This document shows, one piece after another, positions 63,769 to 64,000 of a stretch of DNA of 64,000 nt. A model generated the notes under the pieces. It saw only the letters and a list, made by a program, of their open reading frames with translations. It searched no databases and was not told the DNA's origin. Made by a program: the position numbers and the translations under genes. Position 1 is the stretch's first letter, and every line of letters begins with the position of its first letter. Source of the DNA: Carcharhinus amblyrhynchos (Eukaryota); contig OZ336870.1 in the NCBI GenBank assembly GCA_965287045.1, positions 58,900,001 through 58,964,000 on the forward strand, written 5' to 3'.

Positions 63769-64000
63769 GTTGGGAGCTTGGTTGTCGATGAAGGTTTCAG
63801 TTCTGGAGTTCCACCTGGTCTTGGTGACCAATCCTTTCAGGGCTTTTGTCCCATTATGGTTTCCTGCACATAAACGTACATAGATTATGTTTAACAAGCT
63901 AGCCTGATGTAAATTGTTCTGGATCATTGAGAGGAAAGCCATGCAACAAATATTCCAGAGCATTTTAAATGCAAAAATATTTCCAGTTCTGACAGAAAAT

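Noticed and set aside
41564-64000. Next PARP8 exon (expected peptide like SVSYSVHVSEDYP)
   Set aside because: No matching exon found by eye; probably beyond the window, though a short exon could be missed

Overview
Vertebrate, very probably elasmobranch (shark), genomic DNA. It is repeat-dominated: HE1/V-SINEs, Deu-domain SacSINE1-like SINEs, CR1, RTE, Rex1/Babar and L2 LINEs, Penelope-derived elements and PIF/Harbinger-like non-autonomous transposons. The only host gene I can support is the 5' end of PARP8 on the + strand, which the ORF track misses. Coding exon 40909-40999 reads MGMCSRQERIQTDIDSVLQRCKADKDCLFS and exon 41509-41563 reads DFRYSDSTFTYTYTRGAK. Both have canonical splice sites, sit in a CpG-enriched repeat-free promoter island, and are followed by an intron that appears to run past the window end. 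Nearly all listed ORFs are LINE fragments, antisense shadows or low-complexity artefacts. I see no prokaryotic-type system and cannot claim a wholly new one. The most interesting structures are: (i) fold-back Penelope-derived elements with back-to-back hammerhead-ribozyme-like cores and TSDs; (ii) two Harbinger-like elements inserted at the same register of a ~27-bp minisatellite; (iii) a CpG-rich V-SINE variant with a degenerate tRNA head and an extra 5' leader; (iv) one RTE LINE spread over ~11 kb by nested insertions; (v) several locally templated duplications; (vi) a long uORF overlapping the PARP8 start. Repeat boundaries are read by eye and are approximate. Family names come from remembered consensus features, not database searches.
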